IMG/VR virus record: IMGVR_UViG_3300021356_000012
Span: 6,141 to 70,140 of that record
Strand: one strand, 5' to 3'
From: a virus
Length of the DNA: 64,000 nucleotides
Position numbers and translations under genes: made by a program. This document shows positions 11,801 through 20,200 of the stretch, piece by piece; the first letter of the stretch is position 1, and each line of letters starts with the position of its first letter. The notes under the pieces are model-generated. The model had not been told where the DNA came from. It saw nothing but the letters and a program-made list of their open reading frames with translations, and did not search any database.

Positions 11801-13506
11801 ACTACACTCGTAACAGTACTCGTACTTCAACCAATACTGGTTACTACACACGTACATTGTACTATGTCGGCAACTTCGTAGGTAACTATGCGCGTAACTA
11901 CGCCGCAGACTACACCCGTACTGGTTACTACACACGTACTGGATACTACGCAGGTGACTTCGTAGGAAACTATGCGCGTGGATTTGCAGGAAACTTCGTA
12001 GGAAACTATGGTCGTTCATTCGTTGGCGATTACGTAGGTAACTTTGTTGGTAACTATGCGCGTACATTCGTTGGTGATTACGTAGGTAACTTTGTTGGTA
12101 ACTACGCACGTACTTCAACACGCACATCGACTCGCACACGTTACTCAGCATATGCCCGTACACGCGTAACTAACTACGCTGGCGCATACTCACGTACTCG
12201 TACATCAGCCTACGCTCGTACTCGTAACTCGGCTTACTCGCGTACTCGTGTAACTAACTACGTTGGTGATTTCACCCGTACGTCAACTCGTACTTCGACT
12301 CGTAACCGTTACTCTGCATACGCAAGAACTCGTGTAACTAACTACGTTGGTGATTTCACTCGAACATCTACTCGTACGTCAACTCGTACACGTGGTTCTG
12401 CTTACGCACGTACTCGTGCAACCAATTATGTTGGTGATTTCACCAGAGACCGCGTAACTAACTTCGCAGGTAACTTCGTAGGTAACTACAGCCGTAACTT
12501 CGCAGGTGACTTTGTAGGAAACTACGCTCGCGCATTTGCAGGTGACTTCGCTGGTAACTTCGTTGGTGAGTACACTCGTACGTCTACTCGTACTCGTTAC
12601 AGTGCATACGCAAGAACTCGTGTATCTGCATACAGCCGTACTCGTGGTTCCGCATATACTCGTGACCGTGTAACTAACTTTGCAGGTGACTTCGCAGGAA
12701 ACTATGCACGTACATTCACTGGAAACTACTCACGCAACTTTGCGGGTAACTTCATCGGTGATTATGTCGGTGACTTCACTGGTAACTACGTAGGCAACTA
12801 CAACCGTGGTTTCGTCGGTGAGTACACTGGCGCATATACTCGTCAATTCGGTGGTAACTATGTGGGTAACTACAGCCGCGGATTTGTTGGTGAGTACACT
12901 GGTGCATATTCTCGTAACTTCGGTGGAAACTACGTAGGTAACTACACTCGTGGATTCGTTGGAGAATACGCAGGTACTTACAACCGTACATTCGCAGGTG
13001 AGTACACTCGTGGGTTCACTGGTAACTATGCAAGACAGTTTGCAGGCGACTTCGCTGGTAACTACTCTCGCACGTTCGCTGGAGAATACGCAGGAACTTA
13101 TAACCGTGACTTCGTAGGTGACTTTACTGGTAACTATGCACGTACGTTTGCAGGTAATTACATCCGCAACCGTGTCTCTGCATACGCTGGCAACTTCATC
13201 GGAAACTACACTCGTGACTTCATCGGTAACTACTCACGTAACTCAACCGATGTATTCTCACGTACTCGCGTCTCTGCATACGCAAGACTACGTACCTCTG
13301 CTTACTCTGCAGATTATGGTAGAACTCGCGTATCAACTTACGCAGGTAACTATACTGGCGACTACGCCCGAGACTTCACTGGTAACTACTCACGTGATTT
13401 CACTGGTAACTACAGTCGCGCATTTGTCGGTAACTATGTTGGTGCAACTCTCCAGCCTACTTACCAGACGGTTGAAGGTTATACTCTATACGTAAGGATT
13501 GCATAA
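8806..13506 (+). CDS. Giant low-complexity repeat protein (1566 aa), probable virion fibre: globular N-terminal ~263 aa, ~1280-aa mirror-arranged tetrapeptide-periodic repeat region, short C-terminal strand
   Basis: Long ORF under a late promoter; repeats of RTRVSAY/RTST and GNFVGNYAR types. Confidence 0.85.
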   Translation: MSASSIPLKIKNSNGDLQEFTPAEENYLAFAVGQALASAASNDVGNISLTGNVNIGSFVDTFYNEVTGTHPASQITSSTTTTTLTQVGGPADESGANFVRPVGYYDGTNPGFYEMVDPDVTALANRVLSNLAQNDYVGTFKLASSSPGADYTLFIGNVFQDTRGDGTSTSYNIYLRNNMSAIAAVRPVATRYDVNGDFDGFQEMSDAQIQYTIGQRIKTLRATSGNIGSYQLRSSTQGVPTAPGTWKSVGSAINTTREIADQSYARTRNSAYVRTRVSSYTRDRTSTYARVSTRTSTRDFAGNYVGNYTRDFTGNYSRNFAGEYTGDFVGNYSRTRNSAYSRDRVTNFSRTFTGEYILNRQSTYTRVRLQAFTGGFTGYYSRARVSVYTRNRITDFAGYYTRNRVSTYARGRVSSYAGTYSRNRVSAYAGTYTRTRVSSYSGTYARTRNSAYAGTYTRTRVSAYSGTYSRTRVSAYAADYTRVRATNYTRDRVTNFAGVYSRARVSTYVRNRVTNFAGNFIGNYARNFVGNYARNFVGNYARAFAGDYVGNYARTSTRTSTRTRYSAYARTSTRTRVSAYTRDRVTNFAGNFIGNYARDFVGNFVGNYARNFAGDFAGNYVGNYARDFVGDFVGNYARNFVGNYGGNFVGNYATTFTGDFVGNYARGFVGNYARNFVGNYTRNFAGNFVGNYSRGFAGNYGGNFVGDYARTRATNYSRNRVSAYSRTRATNYTRTRNSAYTRTSTRTRYSAYARTSTRTSTRTLSYTRTLYYTGNYARAFTRDRTQTFTATGTYTRTLYYAGDFTGNYTRNVTYTGNYTRTLTYTGDFVGNYTRGVTYTGNYTRGGPVTYTGDYIRYQNPYDTVNYYIGNYIGGGATYTGNFVGNYTSAYAGAGGGRVSSYTRYVYPTGLQYYTRSFGTTTYYTRTSTRTSTRNSTGAGTDYTGAYTRSAALYYTGNYIGTVTETYTRNRAATLDYTRTRVTNYTATGTYTRGRGATLDYTRNSTRTSTNTGYYTRTLYYVGNFVGNYARNYAADYTRTGYYTRTGYYAGDFVGNYARGFAGNFVGNYGRSFVGDYVGNFVGNYARTFVGDYVGNFVGNYARTSTRTSTRTRYSAYARTRVTNYAGAYSRTRTSAYARTRNSAYSRTRVTNYVGDFTRTSTRTSTRNRYSAYARTRVTNYVGDFTRTSTRTSTRTRGSAYARTRATNYVGDFTRDRVTNFAGNFVGNYSRNFAGDFVGNYARAFAGDFAGNFVGEYTRTSTRTRYSAYARTRVSAYSRTRGSAYTRDRVTNFAGDFAGNYARTFTGNYSRNFAGNFIGDYVGDFTGNYVGNYNRGFVGEYTGAYTRQFGGNYVGNYSRGFVGEYTGAYSRNFGGNYVGNYTRGFVGEYAGTYNRTFAGEYTRGFTGNYARQFAGDFAGNYSRTFAGEYAGTYNRDFVGDFTGNYARTFAGNYIRNRVSAYAGNFIGNYTRDFIGNYSRNSTDVFSRTRVSAYARLRTSAYSADYGRTRVSTYAGNYTGDYARDFTGNYSRDFTGNYSRAFVGNYVGATLQPTYQTVEGYTLYVRIA
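9595..13437 (+). repeat. Imperfect coding repeats with 12-bp (4-codon) periodicity, e.g. ggtaactac/cgtactcgt
   Basis: Directly visible; in frame with 8806..13506. Confidence 0.9.
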
Positions 13507-13535
13507 TCCTCACAAATAGTGTATAATAGATACTA

Positions 13536-13565
13536 AAGTGGGTCAGTAATGGCCCACTTATTTTT
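13536..13565 (+). terminator. Rho-independent terminator after the repeat gene
   Basis: AAGTGGGTCA-GTAA-TGGCCCACTT followed by ATTTTT. Confidence 0.7.
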
Positions 13566-13611
13566 ATACTATATACGATTGACTTGAATTGATTTTTTGG
13601 AGAATGACTTA

Positions 13612-14073
13612 ATGAGTTACAGAAGATGGATGGATAACGCGTTCTGGGAGACAGATGCAAAAGAACAACTAAACTGCATCCTAGAAATGGAAGACGATGT
13701 TGGTCGAGTTACCCGTCAGGTAATGTTATTAAACAGGTTCGATAAGGACGGTAATCCTAACGAACTTTTTGATGAGGTGGTATCATCACTAGGTGAAGAA
13801 ACCATTGACAAAGAAACAACGGACCGTGTTGCTCGAAAAGAAGCCGAGGCCGAAGAAGAAAAACAACGTGACCTTGAACATCGAAAGGCGCGTAAATTAG
13901 AGAAGTTGTTCAACTACAAATTAGAGGCGTTCGAAGTCGATGAGATTAAGAACTCCAAAAACCGTAAGTTGAAGGCAAAACTACGTCGTGCGAAGTCACG
14001 TATCGAAGTAGACTTATACTCTATTATGATTCTTCAAGAAGTCTTAGAGGCAGAGGCAAATGGCGCAGAGTAA
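13612..14073 (+). CDS. Hypothetical charged helical protein (possible chaperone/partner of the repeat protein)
   Basis: ORF track 13597..14073; ATG at 13612 preferred because a GGAGA SD precedes it. Confidence 0.65.
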   Translation: MSYRRWMDNAFWETDAKEQLNCILEMEDDVGRVTRQVMLLNRFDKDGNPNELFDEVVSSLGEETIDKETTDRVARKEAEAEEEKQRDLEHRKARKLEKLFNYKLEAFEVDEIKNSKNRKLKAKLRRAKSRIEVDLYSIMILQEVLEAEANGAE

Positions 14074-14797
14074 AGGTTTCGTTATTGTCGCATCACAGAA
14101 ACATAACTTTTATCTGTATGCGGTTAACTTGGCAGAATCAATTCGAGACTTCTATGAACCAGAAGACGAATGTAAAATCTGTCTAGTAACAGAAGAAAGA
14201 TTTTTAGACGACCGTGGTCGTGAAGTTGCAGATGATATTATCTTTTGTGACGACCACTATCGTGCAAAATTATGGGGCATGGCTAAGTCACCTTATGACC
14301 TAACCATGTACATTGACGCTGACATGGAGTGTGAACACGAAGACATCGTTAAAGTGTGGGATGAGATGAAAGACCACGATGTGGTATTCTCCGCACTAAC
14401 CGATGACCGTGATTACATCTATGCAGAACGTGACTTCGATACACCGGAAGGTAAGGCGAAGTTTACATTATGTGGAGGTGTCTGTCTATATGATATGTCC
14501 AAACCAATTGTACGTGAATTCATGCAAGACTGGTGGGACTTAACGTATAAACAGATGAATGACACTTGGTGGCCCAATGGGTATGCGGACAGTCTCAAGT
14601 CTTGGGACCAGTTCTCACTCTGGTGGTTGACTGAGAAAGAAGAAAAGTATAAGGATCTCAAAGTCGGTATCTTTGATGACGACTTGAGATGGAACTATTA
14701 CAACGCCCTTAACTGGGCAATAACAAAACCTGAATCAGGGCCAGTGATTTTAAGACACTTCTCTGCAGGTTTGAATAAGGACACACCAATCGTATGA
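14060..14797 (+). CDS. Glycosyltransferase (GT8/GT-A-like)
   Basis: RAKLWG..KSPYD.TMYIDAD (DxD), GGV.LY, WDQFSL, WN motif and terminal H. Confidence 0.7.
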   Translation: MAQSKGFVIVASQKHNFYLYAVNLAESIRDFYEPEDECKICLVTEERFLDDRGREVADDIIFCDDHYRAKLWGMAKSPYDLTMYIDADMECEHEDIVKVWDEMKDHDVVFSALTDDRDYIYAERDFDTPEGKAKFTLCGGVCLYDMSKPIVREFMQDWWDLTYKQMNDTWWPNGYADSLKSWDQFSLWWLTEKEEKYKDLKVGIFDDDLRWNYYNALNWAITKPESGPVILRHFSAGLNKDTPIV

Positions 14798-15504
14798 CAC
14801 AGGTAAATGACCAATATCTGAAGCATGTCGAAGTCAATAATCCAGAACTTCTGGCAATTCTTGATGAGTATGCTCAATTGCACAAGTGGAGAGGTTTCCA
14901 AGATAACGTCTACTGTACTGCAATGGAACACGCACGTCAACGTCCTTATTACGTTGGCGAAAACTACATGAATGAGGTTGTATCTCAGGGTGCGGGACAT
15001 GACGGTTTTCCTGAGCACCTACTAGGTTACAATCTAAAGTTGGCAGACAAGTCACACGCAATCTTTGAAAAAGATGCGGACCCAGTATTTAAACGTGACT
15101 TTACTCATCACCTTGCGGACCTAAATGACCGCATGATGAATTTCTTGTCAACCAAGCATAATGCGTTGACTGCAGTATATCCACCAGAAGGTTTCATCTC
15201 GTGGCACAATAATCAGAACGCTCCTGGCTTTAACTTAATTTTCTCTTACTCAGAAGACGGCCAGGGTTACTTCGATTATATCCATCCAGTGACCAAAGAA
15301 GTTGTTCGTTGTCAAGATGAGCCAGGAAAGTGGACATGTAAGGCAGCATACTTCGGTTCATTTGATGAGCCAGAGAAGAGACTATATCACGCAGCCTCTG
15401 CGAATGATGGATGGAGAACTACTGTTTCTTATATCTTTGACTGGACCGAAGAAGGTGAAGCCTTCCGTGAAATGGTCCTAGAAGACATCTCTTCACACGT
15501 TTAA
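14794..15504 (+). CDS. Cupin/2OG-Fe(II) oxygenase-like protein
   Basis: YPPEGFISWHNN...LYHAA...R double-stranded beta-helix pattern; paralog of 38705..39352. Confidence 0.55.
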   Translation: MTQVNDQYLKHVEVNNPELLAILDEYAQLHKWRGFQDNVYCTAMEHARQRPYYVGENYMNEVVSQGAGHDGFPEHLLGYNLKLADKSHAIFEKDADPVFKRDFTHHLADLNDRMMNFLSTKHNALTAVYPPEGFISWHNNQNAPGFNLIFSYSEDGQGYFDYIHPVTKEVVRCQDEPGKWTCKAAYFGSFDEPEKRLYHAASANDGWRTTVSYIFDWTEEGEAFREMVLEDISSHV

Positions 15505-15524
15505 AATAATAAGACCCTAAGTCG

Positions 15525-15532
15525 TATAAATA
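15525..15532 (+). promoter_or_regulatory. Late promoter TATAAATA embedded in an inverted repeat
   Basis: Exact consensus inside ACCCTAAGT..ACTTAGGGT. Confidence 0.8.
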
Positions 15533-15568
15533 GAGGAAAACGTTTATACACTTAGGGTTCTTACCACA

Positions 15569-15925
15569 ATGGCGCATTACGAAGATTTTACAATTGACCA
15601 AGGTTCTGACCTAGCTCTAAAATTAGAACTGGTAAACACCGATGGGTCAACTAAAGATCTTTCCGGTTACTCGGCTGCAGCGAAGATGAAGAAAAACTTC
15701 AACAGTTCTGCAGACGATACCGTGGAGTTCAATGCTGTCATAAGTGCACCACCTGAAAGTGGCGTACTCTCATTATCTCTTACCAATCTCCAGACCGATG
15801 AACTATCTACACGCGGTCGATACGTATATGATGTTGAAATAAGCTATACCGATAGTGACGGTAACAACATAATAGAACGCGTATTAGAAGGTAAAATAAA
15901 AGTTAACCCTTCAGTAACGAGGTAA
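15569..15925 (+). CDS. Conserved virion protein (Ig-like/BppU-N-like)
   Basis: IDQGSD...DLSGYSAAAKMKK...G.L.LSLT..QT...GRYVYDVEI...RVLEG.I.V.P.VTR. Confidence 0.7.
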   Translation: MAHYEDFTIDQGSDLALKLELVNTDGSTKDLSGYSAAAKMKKNFNSSADDTVEFNAVISAPPESGVLSLSLTNLQTDELSTRGRYVYDVEISYTDSDGNNIIERVLEGKIKVNPSVTR

Positions 15926-15930
15926 TACCA

Positions 15931-16791
15931 ATGCCTATACATAGGGTCCCAACAATCAGCGGTATTCGCACCGATACAACTAGAGTACGACGAATAACAG
16001 TCGGCACTCCAATTAATCTTGCGGTGCAGAATTTATCATCTGGTCTTAAAACGTTCGACGGTATAGGTGATAAGCCAGGTATTGATGAATTAAAACTAGG
16101 TGAGATTGGTATTAATACCCAAGATGGTAAACTTTACATCAAACGAGCATATGATGGTGTAGAGACGATTGTCGAAATAGGTGCAGGTGGCGGTGGTGAT
16201 TTAAATGCAACCACTACATTCAATGCATACATCTATACGTCAGACGGAACGTTACAAACAATCGAGGGTCCAGACGATGCAACTAACGTATTGCAGTACG
16301 ACCCAGACCCAAATACTCCGTCACGAATTCAAGTATATTTGAACGGTGTCTTACTCCATCAAGGAATAGACTACGTTGCAAACGACGGGACAAGTATTGT
16401 CCTAACTCATATTGTAGGTGAAGAGCAAGTTGTCCAAGTTGCAGCCTATAATTCTACTGGTGTATCCCTAAATAATGACCTAATCATCGATGACCATTTT
16501 TCATTGACATTGGGCACGAACGAGGAAACTCGCTTCTATCATAATGGGGTTGACACCATCATTAAACATCTAGGGTTTAACGACGGTCAATTCAAAATAC
16601 AGTATCTTAATGACGAAAGATTTGTTATGGATAGTGGTGGGGTTCAACTATTGGGTCAATACAGACTCAATGGCGTAGAACTTGCAACCAAGACTGACTT
16701 TGAGCAACTGAACGCTAGACTTGACGCACTGGATAGTGACATTCAAAGTATTAAGAATTTAGAGTTAATTCAGAACTTGTTGTCAGAATAG
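15931..16791 (+). CDS. Fibre-associated structural protein
   Basis: LKLGEIGINTQDGKLY motif and a VYLNGVLL..G.DY domain common in phage fibres; C-terminal coiled coil. Confidence 0.6.
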   Translation: MPIHRVPTISGIRTDTTRVRRITVGTPINLAVQNLSSGLKTFDGIGDKPGIDELKLGEIGINTQDGKLYIKRAYDGVETIVEIGAGGGGDLNATTTFNAYIYTSDGTLQTIEGPDDATNVLQYDPDPNTPSRIQVYLNGVLLHQGIDYVANDGTSIVLTHIVGEEQVVQVAAYNSTGVSLNNDLIIDDHFSLTLGTNEETRFYHNGVDTIIKHLGFNDGQFKIQYLNDERFVMDSGGVQLLGQYRLNGVELATKTDFEQLNARLDALDSDIQSIKNLELIQNLLSE

Positions 16792-16823
16792 CGCGTATAA
16801 TGTCCGCTCAAACTCGTTTTTAA

Positions 16824-16831
16824 TATAAATA
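16824..16831 (+). promoter_or_regulatory. Late promoter TATAAATA
   Basis: Exact consensus, intergenic. Confidence 0.8.
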
Positions 16832-16867
16832 AAATCAGTATATTAACTGACCCTAGTATTCGAAGGT

Positions 16868-17227
16868 ATGATCAATAATAAGTCCTTTAACAGGGTACTT
16901 GCAGAGAGCCTATTCAACCTTGCAAAACAAAAGCAGGATGAAGTCTCTGCAACGCCCGGCCAAGAAACCGCGTTATTCGATTATATCGAAGGTACCTCTT
17001 CATCGACGAACGACCGCACAGTAATACCTGAGGCCCAAGCTATCATAGCCCCAGGCGATACAGCAGTCTTCGAGTTGAACGGTACTCCAACTCGTGATGA
17101 TTTGATTGATGTGTGGGTGAATGATGTACTACAACACCCTGAAGAGGTGTATGAAACTATTGGTAATACTATTCATTTTTTCGTGGTTCCGCCGCAAGGT
17201 ACGGACATCTATATTAAATTTCGTTAG
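16868..17227 (+). CDS. Small structural protein with VWVNDVLQHP fibre-type domain
   Basis: Motif resembles the V.VGGV.Q.P domain near the C-terminus of 17275..22743. Confidence 0.55.
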   Translation: MINNKSFNRVLAESLFNLAKQKQDEVSATPGQETALFDYIEGTSSSTNDRTVIPEAQAIIAPGDTAVFELNGTPTRDDLIDVWVNDVLQHPEEVYETIGNTIHFFVVPPQGTDIYIKFR

Positions 17228-17274
17228 TATATTATTAAACGTTTAATTTCAACCTAACTCTAGGAGATTCACAG

Positions 17275-20200
17275 ATGTCATTTAGACAGATTAAATCACC
17301 TGCTCTAGCCGATAAGGCGGTCATCAATACCAAACTTGACGAAAGTGCGGTACAAGGACAGAGCACCCTAACGGGAATGACCTCACCGGACCAGTGTTTT
17401 ACGCTGTTGTACGATGTAGGTACAGACTCGTTGAAGAAGATCGCGTCAGACGACTTCTTCGGATCGTTCTCAACTGACGATCTAGTGGAAGGGTCTAACC
17501 TATACTTCACCGATGCACGTGCAAAAACTGCAGTTGCACAAGACATCGCTGATGCGGTAGCGGTAGAAGAAGCTCGCGCACTAGCGGCAGAAGGCGTACT
17601 ACAATCTGCAATCGATGCAGAAGTAGTTCGTGCAACTGCAGCTGAGCAAGCAAACGCTACAGCAATCTCGAATGAGGTTACCCGAGCAACTACTCGTGAA
17701 AATGCAATCGAAACTGCGTACCAATCTGCAGACGCTGCATTGTCACTACGTATTGACAACATCCTTTCAAATACAGATGAAGTTGCACTAAATTCACTTG
17801 CAGAAATCGTTACTGCGTTCGAAGACGCGGATGACGTACTAACTGCATCAACTATCGCAAACTCAAACGCAATTCAGGCAGAGGTTACTCGTGCGACTGC
17901 GGCGGAAGCTGCAAACGCAACTGCAATCGCGAATGAGACTACTCGCGCAACTACCGCAGAAGCAGACCTACAGTCACAAATCAATACTGAAGTAGCTGCT
18001 CGTATCGCAGGCGACAACGCACTAGATACACGTTTGACTACAGAAGAAGGTAATGTAGACAACCTACAATCAGACCTTGCTGATGAGATTTCACGTGCAA
18101 CAGCGGCAGAAGCGGTTCTAACTCAGGACCTTGCAGACGAAGTAACTCGTGCAACAGCGGCAGAAGCTGCGAACGCTCAGTCTATCCAAGATGAAATCAC
18201 TGCACGTGCAGTAGCGGATACTCAAGTCCGTACTGACATGACTGCATTGATTAACTCTGGTGATGCTGCAACTCTTGCAGCTGCAAAGGCAAACGACGAC
18301 CTACTAATCGGTGACGCAACTGTTGATGGTACTGCTAGCAACACGGTAACCGACCGCATCGCAACTGCTAAGGCAGAGGCAATTGCAGACGCAGACGCAT
18401 CTGTAGCGACAGAGCAGGCAGCTCGTGAGGCGGCTGACTCAGACCTACAAGCAGGTCTTGATGCAGAAATTGCACGTGCAACTGCAGCAGAAGGTGTACT
18501 AACTACTGACCTAGCAGCCGAGGTAACTCGTGCAACTGGTGAAGAGTCGCGCATCGAAGCGAAAGTTGACAACATCATCTCTAATACTGACCCAGCTGCG
18601 TTGGATTCATTGACAGAAATTGTCGATGCATTCCAGAGCGTTGATAGTGACATTCAGGCACTTGTCAACTCTAACACAGTTGCAATCAGTAACGAAGCAA
18701 CAACTCGCGCATCTGCAGATACAGTTCTACAGGGTAACATCGACGCAGAGGCCGCAACTCGTGCAGCTGCAGATACTACTCTACAACAGAACATCGACGC
18801 AGAAGAAACTGCACGTATTGCAGGCGATGCGGCAACTCTTGCATCTGCCAAGGCGTACACTGACCAAGAAGCAGATTCTCATCTAGCAGCTGCAATCGCA
18901 CACGCAGACGCACAAGACGCGGCACTAATCGGTGACGCATCTGTTGACGGTACTGCAGGCAACACTGTTACTGCACGTATCGCAACTGCAAAGAGCGAAG
19001 CAAACGCATACACTGACGCAGAAATTGCAGCGGAAGCGGCAACTCGTCAGGCAGATGATGACGCACTATCTCTACGCACCACTTCACTAGAAGGTCGTAT
19101 GGATACTGCAGAAGCAGACATCACTGCAGTAGAAGGTGACTTGGCAACTGAAGTTGCAGCTCGTACTTCGGGTGACGCAACACTTCAGGCAAATATCGAT
19201 GCAGAAGAAACTGCACGTATTGCAGCTGACAACACTCTACAACAAAACATTGACGCCGAAGAGGCACGTGCAGTAGCTGCAGAGGCAGACCTACAAGGTC
19301 AAATCACTGCAGAAGTTACTCGTGCAACTGGCGTTGAAGCAGGACTACGTACTGATACAGATGCAAACACTGTAGGTGTTGCGACTAACGCAACTAACCT
19401 TGCAAACGAAATCACTCGTGCGCAATCAGCAGAGTCTACTCTACAATCTAACATTGATGCAGAAGCAGTAACTCGTGGAAACGCGGATACTACTCTACAA
19501 GCTAACATCGATGCAGAAGTTACTCGTGCAACAGGTGTCGAGGCAGGTCTACGTACCGATATCGACGCAAATACTGCTGCAATTGTTGGTAACGACTCAG
19601 ACATCGCGGCTGAAACTGCGGCTCGTATCGCAGGTGATGCATCACTACAGTCTCAGTTGAATGCAGAGATTACTCGCGCCACTGGCGAAGAGTCACGTAT
19701 CGAAGGACGTTTGGACACTGAGATTGCACGTGCAACTGGTATCGAAGCAGGTCTACGTACTGACGTAGATGCAAACGCAGTAGAAATCGCAGCAGTAGAT
19801 TCAGACCTATCTGATGAAATCGCTCGTGCAACTGCGGCAGAACTTGTACTAACTCAAGACCTAGCGGCAGAGGTAACTCGCGCAACTGGTGTTGAGGCAG
19901 GTTTACGCACTGACGTTGACTCAGTAACTACTCGTGTTGATGCAATTGTCGGTACTTCACCAGAGACTTTAGACACTCTACAAGAAATCGTTGCTGCATT
20001 CGAAGACGCAGACAGTGACCTACAAGCAGTTATCTCTGCAAACTCAGGTCGTTTGACTACTAACGAATCAGACATCGACGCACTAGAAGTTCGCGCAACT
20101 GACCTTGAGTCACGTGCAACTCTAGTAGAAGGTCGTGCAACTGCACTAGAAACTGAGCAGTCTGCTCAAGCAGGTCGCTTGACTGTCAACGAAGGTGACA

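Noticed and set aside
9595-13437. CRISPR array or DNA-level inverted repeat in the repetitive region
   Set aside because: The repeats are degenerate at third codon positions, in frame and lack unique spacers, and the two halves are not reverse complements.
13499-13527. TTGCAT-17-TATAAT sigma70-like promoter at the end of the repeat gene
   Set aside because: Its start site would fall at the terminator hairpin (13536-13565), giving an abortive RNA; it may be real but cannot be supported.
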